Below, in pieces: positions 1-11,357 of a DNA stretch of 64,000 nucleotides. Origin of the DNA: Chrysomallon squamiferum (Eukaryota > Animalia > Mollusca); the NCBI GenBank assembly GCA_012295275.1, contig CM022667.1:22196001-22260000 (forward strand), in the 5' to 3' direction. The notes beneath the pieces are model-generated. The model saw only the letters and a program-made list of their open reading frames with translations. It did not search any database and was not told the origin of the DNA. Numbering within the stretch: position 1 is the first letter of the stretch; each line of letters starts with the position of its first letter. The position numbers and the translations under genes were made by a program.

Positions 1-137
1 GATTGATCCAAAGACCCAGAATGTCTCAGTCATTGAGCTGCATTCTGAGTTGATTTTACCTCCTGATTTCTTGAAACTGTTATTCAACTTTATTCATCCA
101 ATTATCTCTTAATTTATATTTAATTTTTAACATACAG

Positions 138-1911
138 TGTGATATCTACAGTCTGGGGGTGATATTCTTTGAACAGTACCAGTGTTTTTGTACAGAGATG
201 GAGAGACACAAATATATCAAAGAGTTGAGAGCTGGTCACCTGCCTGCTGAGTTTGTTAGAAACTGGCCTTCACAAGTATGTGGTTTTGGTTTTTGCATGT
301 AGATATACCCACAATTCTGTTTGCTTTTCAGTATGTCAGGGCGAGTAGAAAAACATTCAATTTTTCTAGTGAAATTGGCAGTTTAAAGAGTAACATATAA
401 GTTTGTTGGAATTTAGATATATGTGTATGTGGTTAAGGAATAAAATCATTATGCATTGTCTTTCAGGCCAAAGCTGTTGAGGAAATGACAAGGTTGTCTC
501 CCACAGAGAGACCAACAGCAAAGTCTCTTTTAATGAGTGATTTATTTCTATCTAAAGATCAGGTAAGTTTGGTTTTGTGATTTAAAACTATAGACGATAT
601 TAAAATTAACATGAACACTTATCTAAATATAATACAGTGGTACCTCGACTTACGAGTGCCCCAACTTATGATTTTTTCAAGGTATGAGCAGTCTCCCGGT
701 CGATTTTTTGCCTTGAGTTGTCAGCAGAAATCTGAGTTACGATCGAGCTTCAGATAAACTGCCACTAGTTGGCACAACGAACAACATAACATCCTGCCAG
801 CACACCGTGTTTCACTCGTTTACTTCACATGGTTACCTCACCACAAAAACATCTCTGTTGTGTTGTGCTTGGGTTTCGTGCAGTATTTTGCCAGATTTCT
901 TTTTTCTGGCCATGGATCCTAAGAAAGTGAGTGCAAAGGACAGTGCTGAAAAGAAGAAGCCGATGATGTCCATTGAATTAAAACTTGAATACACAGAAAA
1001 ACATGAGAATGGTGTACATGTAGTCAACTTGGCTAGGCAGTAAGAGCGTAGTACTTCTACGATATGTACCTCATGTAACTGATTATTATAAAAAGAAGAG
1101 AAAAAAGAAAAGAGTGAGGAAGAGAAAAGAAGAGAAAGAGGAGAGTAGAAAAAGAGAAGAAAGAAAAAAGAAGCTGAAGGAGTCGATAAAGGCTGTAACT
1201 CCAGTGTTAAAATAATTTGTCTGATCTCCAAACTAAATACACTTTACAAAACCAATTTATTTCTTTACATTCTCTTTTATTTTGTTTTTATACAATATTT
1301 GTCATTTATTAATGCATTTTTCTTACTTAAAAACACGTCACAAAACATACAAAAAAAATATATATATATATATTGTGTGGTTTTGGGAGGGTTGGAACAG
1401 ATTAATGGTATATCAGTTAATTTCAGTTGGGAAAATTTATTTGATATATGAGCAAACTGAGATACGAGCTTGGTCATGGAACAAATTAAACTCTTAAGTC
1501 AAGATACCACTGTATTATTAAAACAGCTTTCTTTCTTCTTTTTTAACACTTTCAAGTTGTATTTTATTTGTTTCTCATGACATCCTGGCTAATAATAAGC
1601 TTGAATATTTACATTATTTTTTTATTGTGAATCAGTATAAATGTTTTAAAAGAAAAAGTACTGACTCGAAAGAGAAAAGAATTAAACTGGGGATCTCTTA
1701 TTTTTGAAAAATTCCATTTCAGATCATTAATTACCTGAAGCAGAAGGCTAAAGATGATGAAGCAGAAATTGCCAGGCTGAGACAACAGTTGAAAGAATAT
1801 GACAGTCAACTGCAGGAGAAGGATCAGGTGATTCTTAAGAAGGACCAACATATCTTAGAACTGACCACACAATTAGAACAAATTCACTTTGATTCATTCA
1901 TGCCAGGCTGA
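138..1911 (+). CDS. EIF2AK1: Heme-regulated eIF2-alpha kinase HRI, last three coding exons (5' part lies outside the window)
   Basis: GT-AG exons 138-275 (CDIYSLGVIFFEQYQCFCTEMERHKYIKELRAGHLPAEFVRNWPSQ), 467-562 (AKAVEEMTRLSPTERPTAKSLLMSDLFLSKDQ) and 1723-1911 (IINYLKQKAKDDEAEIARLRQQLKE...MPG*). These encode kinase subdomains IX-XI with the eIF2a-kinase TEMER motif, followed by the C-terminal coiled coil typical of HRI. All junctions are phase 0. Confidence 0.88.
635..1512 (+). mobile_element. Internally deleted Tigger/pogo-family DNA transposon in an EIF2AK1 intron
   Basis: TA|CAGTGGTACCTCGACTTACGAGT ... ACTCTTAAGTCAAGATACCACTG|TA: ~23-bp imperfect TIRs with a TA target duplication. It carries a CENP-B-like HTH N-terminus remnant from ~912 (MDPKKVSAKDSAEKKKPMMSIELKLEYTEKHENGVHVVNLARQ*ERSTSTICT); no DDE domain is present. 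Confidence 0.9.
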
Positions 1912-4383
1912 AGTTTCCAAATTTCACTAGCTGCAAGAACCAGTAACCAATAACATGGATACTTTTCATATGGTTAAAAAAAAAAGACATTTGTCTAAAG
2001 ACGACTGATTATTTGTCCATTGATAATCTATGTCTTCAGTTACCTCCTTGACAGAAACAATTTGTAATTTGTGAAATAAAATTTTCATCAAAATCAATAC
2101 CAAAGCTTCAGAGAAATACATCATCATACATTTTTGTGGATGGATAGTATTGTTTTTATCTTTTATTGAAGAGGATTTGGATGATATGTTTTGTCCTGGA
2201 CTGACAAAGAATCTCTTAAAGAATTAGGAAATTCAAATTAATTCTGTAGTAATTAAAAGACTGAAACAAGTAAGAATTCCAGTTTCTAATAATGTTGGTC
2301 TTTGTTTATTTTTATGGCTGAAGAACATTTTAATGGGTATAGATGATGCATAAATCTTAATATATCTCCTGACTGGAATACTTGGTAAATAGTAGTACAT
2401 GCAGTTTAATAATAATATAGGTAATTAATTTATTCCTGTTTATTAAAATTCAGACACAAACTAGATAAAACTAATTTTGTGATTTTCACAGAAGCTTATT
2501 TCATAATTAGGCATGTATGTCTGCTGGTAAGCCTTACTATATTTATGCAAACTGTTGAATATTTGAAACAAAAAAATGTTTAGCTGATCAGTGACAGTCA
2601 TTGGTTTATTCAAACCTAGACGAACACCCCTCAGCACACACATACACCATTACAACTGATATTAATGACAAAACCCAGCCAAAAACAATAATGAATTGTC
2701 ATAAGAAGTTACTAACTAAAATAAAGGGCATAAAGGGTGATGTTTTGCTCATTTTGTTTGATTTGAATCTTGAGTGCAGTTGAATAAAATAATAATGTTT
2801 TAAACAGTTTGTCAGAAGCTTTCTTTTTCTTTTTCAAGTAGTTTGCAATATGTAGTTATTTACATAAGTTATTATGATTATGGTTTTTATTATTTTTATG
2901 CATTAAAAGGCAAAGGGTAATTTCATGGCAAAAGTGATAAATTTCAAAATGAAGATATTTGAATTTTCTATGTATGTATAAAAATATAATTAAATTTAAA
3001 CACAAAGAAAAAAGTTTATGTGAAAATATTGTTTTCCTTTTTAATATTAATGAACACTTCCAAGATCAATAAATGCAGTTTTCTTTTTATTTTTATCCCT
3101 CATGTTTTATAATGTTTTACTATTACAATATAATAATAATAGCATAACAAATGCAAATTCACTTTTTCATTTTTATTTTTAACAAGACCTTTGAGATGAA
3201 CATACAAAAAAATAAAGGACTGTAAAAATGTTTAACAAGTTGTACACAAAAATGTGAGTTAAAACACTGCTGCCATGAGAAATGGATGGACTTTGATCAA
3301 ATTAACAACAATAAAAGTTCTAGACTGTCTTTTTAACAACTTACTTGAGGTAATGGTTTTGCTATTATCAATAAAAATCAGAAGGAAATTATGAACATAT
3401 AATTTAAAATCAGCAAAGATGGAATGTTTTGCATAAGAAATGTACATAAATAAATTGTAGGAAGATGAAAATTAGAAATTTAGGTCACTTAAAAGCATAA
3501 ACATGAAGTGATAATTACTGTTGACTGTACAAACTGGTCAATATCTTATAATAATCTATTATCACATTTGTTCATATTAACATTTAACAAGCCCCAAACC
3601 CCTGCCAAAAAAAAAAAATAATAATAACTAAAGTAATTAAAGGAAGTTTATCTAAATCAATAATAAAATTTTGTACATTTAATTATAATCCTTTTGGAAT
3701 TTCTTGTTTTTTGTTTTGCATTGTATAAAGAATTTTGAAAGATTTTCTAATTTTACATCTAAGAGATTTTTATTTTTTGTAACACTTTTAAAAATACAGA
3801 GTTTATTTATGAGATTAAAATTATTAACAACAAGAGATGAGTAAAATAAATAAGAAATAATGTATTGGCAATTAAACTTGAAAAGTAATATGGTAACAAC
3901 AGTCATGGAAATTTAAAACCATTCTCTATTATTTCTAAATAAATTAATATATTTCATAACCACACAAGATTTGATGAATGAAGGTACAGCATTTGGAAAA
4001 AAATATTGTTGTTTTAATGTAGTTGTAAGTTACATATAACAAAAATAAACAAATTAAAACAATGAAGAGAAAATACAAATAAATAATATATACTTGCACC
4101 AATAAAAAGTTTTATACAGATTTGTTCATTTTAGCTCTATTCAGACAGTTTACAAAAAATTATTTGTTTTTTGTTCTGGTACAATACAAATAAAGTTTAC
4201 CTTCATTCTGTTTTTTCACTCTTCTTTGTTTTTGTACATATGTTTTTTGTTATTAATATATTTGCCTACTTTGTAATATTTATTTCTTAATAGTACTTTT
4301 TAATTTGGGAGCTGCAGAGTTTATTTTGAAACAATTCTAATACTCAGTTACAAATCTATAACCAGACTGCATCTTCTTACTTC

Positions 4384-7300
4384 TTACTGCTTCTTACTGG
4401 CTGCTGCAGTTTGATAAACTTCTTGTAGATTCTGTTGACGATCATTATAGCAACCTGGGAACATAAATTCATGTAACTGTACATTTTCTAAAAGCAATGA
4501 ATTATTTGTAAGTGCTAGTATTTCTCCTAAAGTGACAAAACAAAAATAATAATAATAAAAATAAATAAAGTATGCATATATATATATATATATATAAGTA
4601 AATCCATGTTATTGCTTACTATAATATACATTGACCTAGCATATGTAAAATTAATGTAATTATAGGATTATAATGAAAATGAGAAACTGAAATAAATACA
4701 ATTGTTAAGAAAAATTACTCACGATTATTTCAAATAATTGATTTTTTAAATTTATAATTGATTTTTTTAGTACATAATTATATTTTTTTTTTCTGTTATT
4801 GTTACTAATGTACTAACCCAGGAAAGAATTGAGTGAGGTAACTGAACAGTTTGTGAGGCAGTCAGTTGCAGCAATAGTTTCATCCAGATAGACAGGTCCA
4901 TCATCCCAGAGTAGATCAAAACCTCCAATACGTTTTTCTTTACCTGTCAGTCTGACCATAAAATAATTTGAAGTAAAATTATAAATATATGAAAATAAAA
5001 TACTTTTGCAATTGCAAAATTACAAGAATATTTGATCAATTACAAGAATATTTTACAAAAAAAGAATACTATTACTACTTCTAATAATATAAAAACAATT
5101 TTTTTTTTAATTTGTCTTTGTCTTACTTGTTATCCATGTCTAGGACATTTACAACATCATTTAAGAGTCCAAATTTTAACTCATAGTCTTCCCGGCTGCT
5201 TGCTGTTAGTGATGGGGAAGCATTGATTTCCAGTAGCCATCTGTGAAAATATTTTGATTATAAGAAAACAATTTCATTTATCCAAAACAATGTCAAATAA
5301 ATAAATTTCCACTAGAAAATGATCTTTTTGAAATAATAATTGTTAGTGTCTTTATGGTTATCTAATGTGTTTTTATTCTTACATCACAATTTAATTAATG
5401 AATGGTATAGATTTTAAAGAGAACAGTTTCTGATTTTATTAGAATAATCTCTTTAAGAAACAAATAATCATATAAATATATTAAACCTGATTATTTATTC
5501 CAGGCAACTTACGGTTTTAACTTTGAGTCAATGAGAATATCATAGCCATACAGTTCAAAACAGTGTTTGTCATTGATCATGATTCTCTGGGTACTCTGTA
5601 AGCTGAAGATGAATACGTCATTTATCCGCTGAAACAACCTTTCAGCCTACAGAAGACAAATCAGTTACCTTCAGTCAGAATCAGGGATATTATTAACCTC
5701 CTCTATTTTCTATTTGGTTCTAATTCTAAAACTTGTTTTTCAAAATTACAAATTCTATCTATTAGATTAAAAAGAAAAAAAACAAATAAGCATCTTTGAA
5801 ATCAGTTTCATTTAGTCTAATCAAAAATAATTGTAAAGCTTTTTAAAAGAAAAAGATGACCTCTACAGCTAACATGAATAAGCTTTAAAAATGCAGTAAC
5901 ATAACCTTTATCCAGAATGCATCAAGCATTATTCCTGAAGAGAAATTCCATTATTTTGTTTTCACAGTCATATACACAGAATGAACAAGTGTAATAGTTT
6001 TTACACATTCTGTTGTGTCAATGCTACTTTGAAACGTTGCAGAAATTATATTCTACAGTTTCAACAATCCTTTGGAAATTGTTTCAAAGAAGATCAAAAG
6101 CAAACTGTGATCATCATACATACTATATTAATAACAATAATTATTGTTACCAGTGTGTGAAATTTACAAATACAGACTGTATTTCTCACTCTAATACATG
6201 CAGAGAACATGCAATCTTTTTTTATTCGTTATAGACAAAACAACATACTGCTTCCTGTCCATGTTTTGCCATCAAATATGTGCGTAGTTGTTGTGTTGAC
6301 CACTTGCAGCCTTTCTCAGGATCATAGTCTGGGGCAGTTTTCTGAATAGCTACATTGGTCAGATGTACATCTTAATGTAATTAAAGACAACTATTTTTCT
6401 TTTATAATGAGTGCTATCAAAACATTTTACATTTGAGGAATTAATTGAATCAATCTGAGTAAATAACCTTGACATCTCAAATTCCAACTGTTTTTATAAT
6501 ACATTAGGAAATGTAATGGTTTGTGATGTCACATACAAATAACTATATTTCATAAAAGATGATCATAACATTTTAAAATATTTATTCAGTAAACTTGATA
6601 AATCCATGAGAAATTCAAATAATTCTTCACAAGACTCAAAACTGAAGAAACACTTCTTAAAAGGGATACAGTTATCATCAATGGACTCCAGAGAGAATCT
6701 TGTATTTGAGAAACGAGCAAAGCCACTGCGATACAGCCACACTTTCAGTGGATTGTACTGAAACAAAAGACAGATAGCTATTACTCTTGTAATTTTGTTT
6801 AATTTAAAATTCTTAACCATAAATACTAACTATAAATATAATTACTTTTAAATTTCTCAGCTGAATAAAGTTTATTTAAAATGTATATTTAAAATTTTGT
6901 TTAGCTCATAGGACAGGTTTTGTAATCAGTCAAGGTAGTCCATAGCTAGCTGAAGACTTACTGTGAGGAGGTATTAATTCATGGATTTAAAAAAAAGCAT
7001 GCATGCAAAATGCTATATAATCTATACTTGTAAAATAACAAGATATATTTGAGAAACACTGACAGAGAATAAAGGTTTTTTAACAAAATTTGTCTCACTG
7101 AGGTAACAAGTATGTATATACGAATGTCGAACTTGCGACCACCAATCAAGTATGGATTCTCTATATATCTTTGTACTACATATGTTTCTGGTCCACCATC
7201 TCTCTCAGCAATACGTTGATACTCGGTTCCCTGAAATACGTACAATTATTATAAATAGCTAGGGTGAAAGTACTCCTTTCAACAAAGTAAAATTAAAGTT

Positions 7301-7831
7301 AAAAAAAAAAGAATATACTATTAAAATGTTCGTGCGCAAAATCTCTGTTGGGCTGAGGATGATGTGATGTTGATGTCATTTATTAATGTTGAAGTTTTGT
7401 TTCTTTTTTTCTCTCTAAAAGTTAATTATTTTTATAGTAAAAAGAATGATGACAACATCCATATATCCTCATCTGCCTTAGTATTTATGACAAAGAGTGA
7501 TCATTAGGACAAAAGCAGTAACTGGAAGTACACAAGAAATGTTCATTTCATCTGCCCATACCTAGAATGGTCCAGTTTAAATGACATAATATTTATTTTG
7601 ATAAATTATTTATGTTACATTAACAATACTTACTTTTTTCCAGTCTGTGATGTCTTTGAGACGTTTAAACAGAAAGATTCCTTTTCCCTGTGACTTTGCT
7701 ATTGGTTTCATTATCCAGATAGAACCAGGATTCCGTCGGAATTCATCAACAAAAATATGATACTCAGACTGAAATATGTTTATGTGTATGTGTGTTGCGC
7801 TTATGCATTTGTGTGTTGCACATGCATGTGT

Positions 7832-7876
<45 letters not shown>

Positions 7877-10517
7877 TTTATCTGTCATTTTATTTCATTT
7901 GTGTCTTCTAATCCTCACTTTAACATTAATTTATTCATATTTAATAGTTAACATTAGTTTTACACTTGTTTGGTAAATGCTGATACTATTGTTAACACAC
8001 AGATCAAACATAATGAATTATAAGAGATGCTTATTAAAGATTTAGTAAAATGATATAATCTGGTTAAATTAAATGAAATGAAACAGTTATGAGAAAAACA
8101 ATAACAATGCTTACAGGTAGTTCATAAGTACTTGGAAAGAAGTCACATCTGAATCAAATTAAGGTAATTAAAATTAAACAAACTGCATATTTTGAAGAAA
8201 CATATTTTTGAATATTTTCATAATTAAATTATTACTGTCTTCATATATATTTTTTCTCTCCTTCACACACAACACCCAACACACACACACACACACAGAA
8301 ATAATTTATAAACAGTTTTGTTATAAATGTCCCTGATCTCAAACATAACAACTGTAGTTAAATAATTAAATTTTAAAATTAAAGGATACTTCTGAGCTTC
8401 TGCTTTTCCAGATTCTCGTTCAATCTGTCTCCGAAGACGTTTCAGATTCTTTACAATCAAGTTCTTCCGAGTCAGCTTTGTCAGATACAATATTATGAAA
8501 TCATACACTGATACAAACACACACTTGTTACCCATCTTAAAATATTACTAATATTTTAAATACACAATTTATGTATCACCTATCTTTAATTATTATGAAT
8601 ATACAAATAATTAAGATATTAAATACCTTTCTGTTTTGATTGTATAATATATGTGCATGTGTGTGTGTGTGTGAGGGAGTGAACTAAAAGCACAATCTAA
8701 AGATAAATATAAACACCATTAACATGTGAGGTTTATTTCTCCTTGTTTACACATAACGTACTTGGGAAATTCCTCCAAGACACATGGGACATTAATATAA
8801 GGAAAACACTGTCACTGGTGCTTTCTTAAGGAACCCAGGACAGTATTGGTCAGGGTTTTGAAATGTTATCTGTACGACTGCAGTGAAAGAAAGTTCAAGA
8901 GAGAAGAGAGAATATCTGCCAAGAGAGAAAGACTTTTGAGCCAATTCTCTGCAATATAACTATGATATTATTGTCTATAGTGTTATTATATATTGTGTTG
9001 TAGAAATAGGCAGAGAAAATAAAAATGTAATTGAAATCGAACTTGTATAGTTTTTGTGTGAGGATGTTGTATGCACCCAGCCACATATACATATATAAAA
9101 CACAACATACATTTACCTCTACTGTAATTTCAAGCTTTTTTTTGTTACAACATAAAATAACATATATCTGTATTCAGCCAGAAAAGGTTAAGTCAAGAAA
9201 ACTAAAGGTAATTGGTCTCCCCTACCTCATAATGGTTACGAAAGTGGTTGATACGTGCATGGTCATCAAGATAGGCTCTGTCAAATGTTTCTTTCATCCA
9301 CCATACATCACACCAGTAGAAATCCCATTCAGCATCGCTAAAACATCAAACAAAAATATTAAATTAGTAAAGTGATCGAAGGTTCAGAAAAACAAATATA
9401 TGTTAGAAATTAATTACATATAAAATTGCAGAGTATAAATATAAAATGTTTAAAAGTTACATCAAAGGATATCAAACAAAATATTAAATAATAATATAAA
9501 AATTTGTAAAGTAAAATAATTAAATATTGTCCAGGAAATTAAGGTGTCTACAGCATAAAAATTAGTACATAACTGATTTAATTTATAAATGTGCTCACCC
9601 AGTGACCTCTTGCCATCCTGGTCGCAGTCGAAGCACATCAAGAATAGTGTTTTGAAGTGAGCATTTGAACCGTATAGTCCTTTCACTATAATTAAACATT
9701 TTACATTTTACATTGTCTCATATTTTTAATAATTAAATAAACTGCTTTACTAAAACTTTCTTGTTTGTTTTCACCATTATGTTACACCAGAAATAAAGAT
9801 TTTTTCCCATTTTCTTTATTTTATTTCATTTTTATAGTTAAGTATAACTTCAACAACAAGCAGATTTATTTTGTGCATTTCTTTTTTTATAACTATATAA
9901 TACACGACCTCTGTAATTATCAGGTTTATTTTTCCAGTTAAATTATAAATAATCTAAGCAATTACACAGCTTCTTTTTTTTTACAACTGTATTATATATA
10001 AAATCTCAGAAATTATTAAGTATTGCATTATTATTTTTAGAAATTTAATTATATATATCTCAGCAATCAACCATTATTTCATTTCACAGCTGTATTGTAT
10101 TTATATAATTCAGCTATAAGCATGTTTTTTGTTTGTTGTTGTTATTGTTTTGCTTTTCAGAAATATTATTCTATTTAACCTCAGCAGATATCTGATTGGT
10201 TTTCAGGAATATGACAATTACAAAAAAAAAAAATTAAAAAAAAAGAAAAAAAAAGTAAAATTTATATTTATATATAACAGCAGCAACGATATATTTTCTT
10301 GTTCAGCTATGTTATGTATAACTTCACCATTAGCAAAATTAGCAATATTTTTCATAACTCTATTATAATATAATCAAAAAAAAAAAAAAAAAAATATTAA
10401 TGAAACAAATAAATACGATAAATATAATAATATACTAAAATTAAAAATATTAATGTTAACAAAAATAATTCCATACTTGCTAGGTCGACCCTTTTCCTTT
10501 GCATTTGATTTAGGCAT
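4384..10517 (-). CDS. TTLL9: Tubulin polyglutamylase TTLL9, complete, 13 coding exons, ~429 aa
   Basis: Exons (minus): 10517-10477, 9685-9599, 9337-9226, 8475-8390, 8148-8115, 7768-7634, 7230-7099, 6757-6670, 6370-6249, 5646-5513, 5240-5127, 4951-4818, 4454-4384. Phases are consistent, 1290 nt in total. Motifs [77 protein letters not shown] and EKRIGGFDL match vertebrate TTLL9. Confidence 0.95.
6371..6669 (-). other. Probable second U12-type intron in TTLL9
   Basis: 5' splice site GTATCCCTT. Branch-like GTCTTTAAT (6380-6388) sits close to a TAAG acceptor that lacks a polypyrimidine tract. Confidence 0.7.
7835..7873. repeat. (TG)n microsatellite
   Basis: Direct read; lies in a TTLL9 intron. 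Confidence 0.95.
8149..8389 (-). other. U12-type (minor spliceosome) GT-AG intron in TTLL9
   Basis: 5' splice site GTATCCTTT is the perfect U12 consensus. Branch-like TACCTTAAT (8158-8166) lies just upstream of the TTCAG acceptor. Confidence 0.85.
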
Positions 10518-10779
10518 CTACAAATAAATGAATAATTGTAATTTATAATAATACTACTACTAATAATATGTGTATGTAGTTATTCTGTGCATGTGTGTTT
10601 ATCATAAACTTTATGGGTGTATTAATTTTATCATCATCGTCGTCGTCGTCGATTTATTTGAAGTGAACATCATTATATATAGATCACATAATTGTTTTTA
10701 AATGTGTTCCTGAAGAAACAAAATAATAAAAATAAAAATAATGAAACTGTTATTATTTAACAAAGATTATAGAGGTTAG

Positions 10780-11357
10780 TGAAGGTACAGTATCACCAAA
10801 CGTCCGTACGTTAAATTATAGAGTACGTTTTAATCAGCATCCATTTAAGAGCAATTTTATCTTCCATATAATTATATTCTTTAAATTTAAAACATGGCAG
10901 AATTTTTGACTGTTGTTTTTCTTCTTAAACTTATATGAAACTGTGCTTCAAAATATTTCCAATTAACTATCATTCACTTGTCTTATAAAGCCTGTTGTCA
11001 ACAACGCGTTCTTGGCACAAGTTATCTTTATTTAGAGAAGATATTAAAGGGAAGTAATTCCACCAGTTTTCCTGGTTTGTAAACGTTGCCTTTGCAGTAA
11101 ATGTCTTGGTGATAATATATTTTATAGTACTGTGAAAAGTTATAATTATACCAAACCACTGCATTAACTAAAAATATCGAAAATACAATATAAAGCTGTC
11201 GGAAAACAAATGAATATTACTGGTCTTGATTTAACTGGCAACTGAAGTTAATTTAGCGCAAACAAAGCGCCCCAATAAACGGAAAACCGAACAGAATACC
11301 AAAGTCAAAGAGAACGAATGTGTATTCTAGGATAGATGACGAGATTCATCGTAAGCA
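10780..11357. promoter_or_regulatory. Bidirectional promoter / 5' UTR region shared by TTLL9 (-) and VPS9D1 (+)
   Basis: The start codons at 10517 (-) and 11358 (+) are 840 bp apart. CpG dinucleotides are locally enriched against a CpG-poor background. The TTLL9 ATG follows directly on an acceptor AG, so a non-coding first exon must lie in this interval. Confidence 0.7.

Noticed and set aside
2580-2605. CAGTGA loop in the HRI 3' UTR as a possible iron-responsive element
   Set aside because: The flanking 5-nt arms (CTGAT / CAGTC) do not pair.
9464-9472. ATATCCTTT (AT-AC donor motif) on the minus strand inside TTLL9 intron 2
   Set aside because: It is not at an exon boundary; the GT-AG junctions already give a complete protein.
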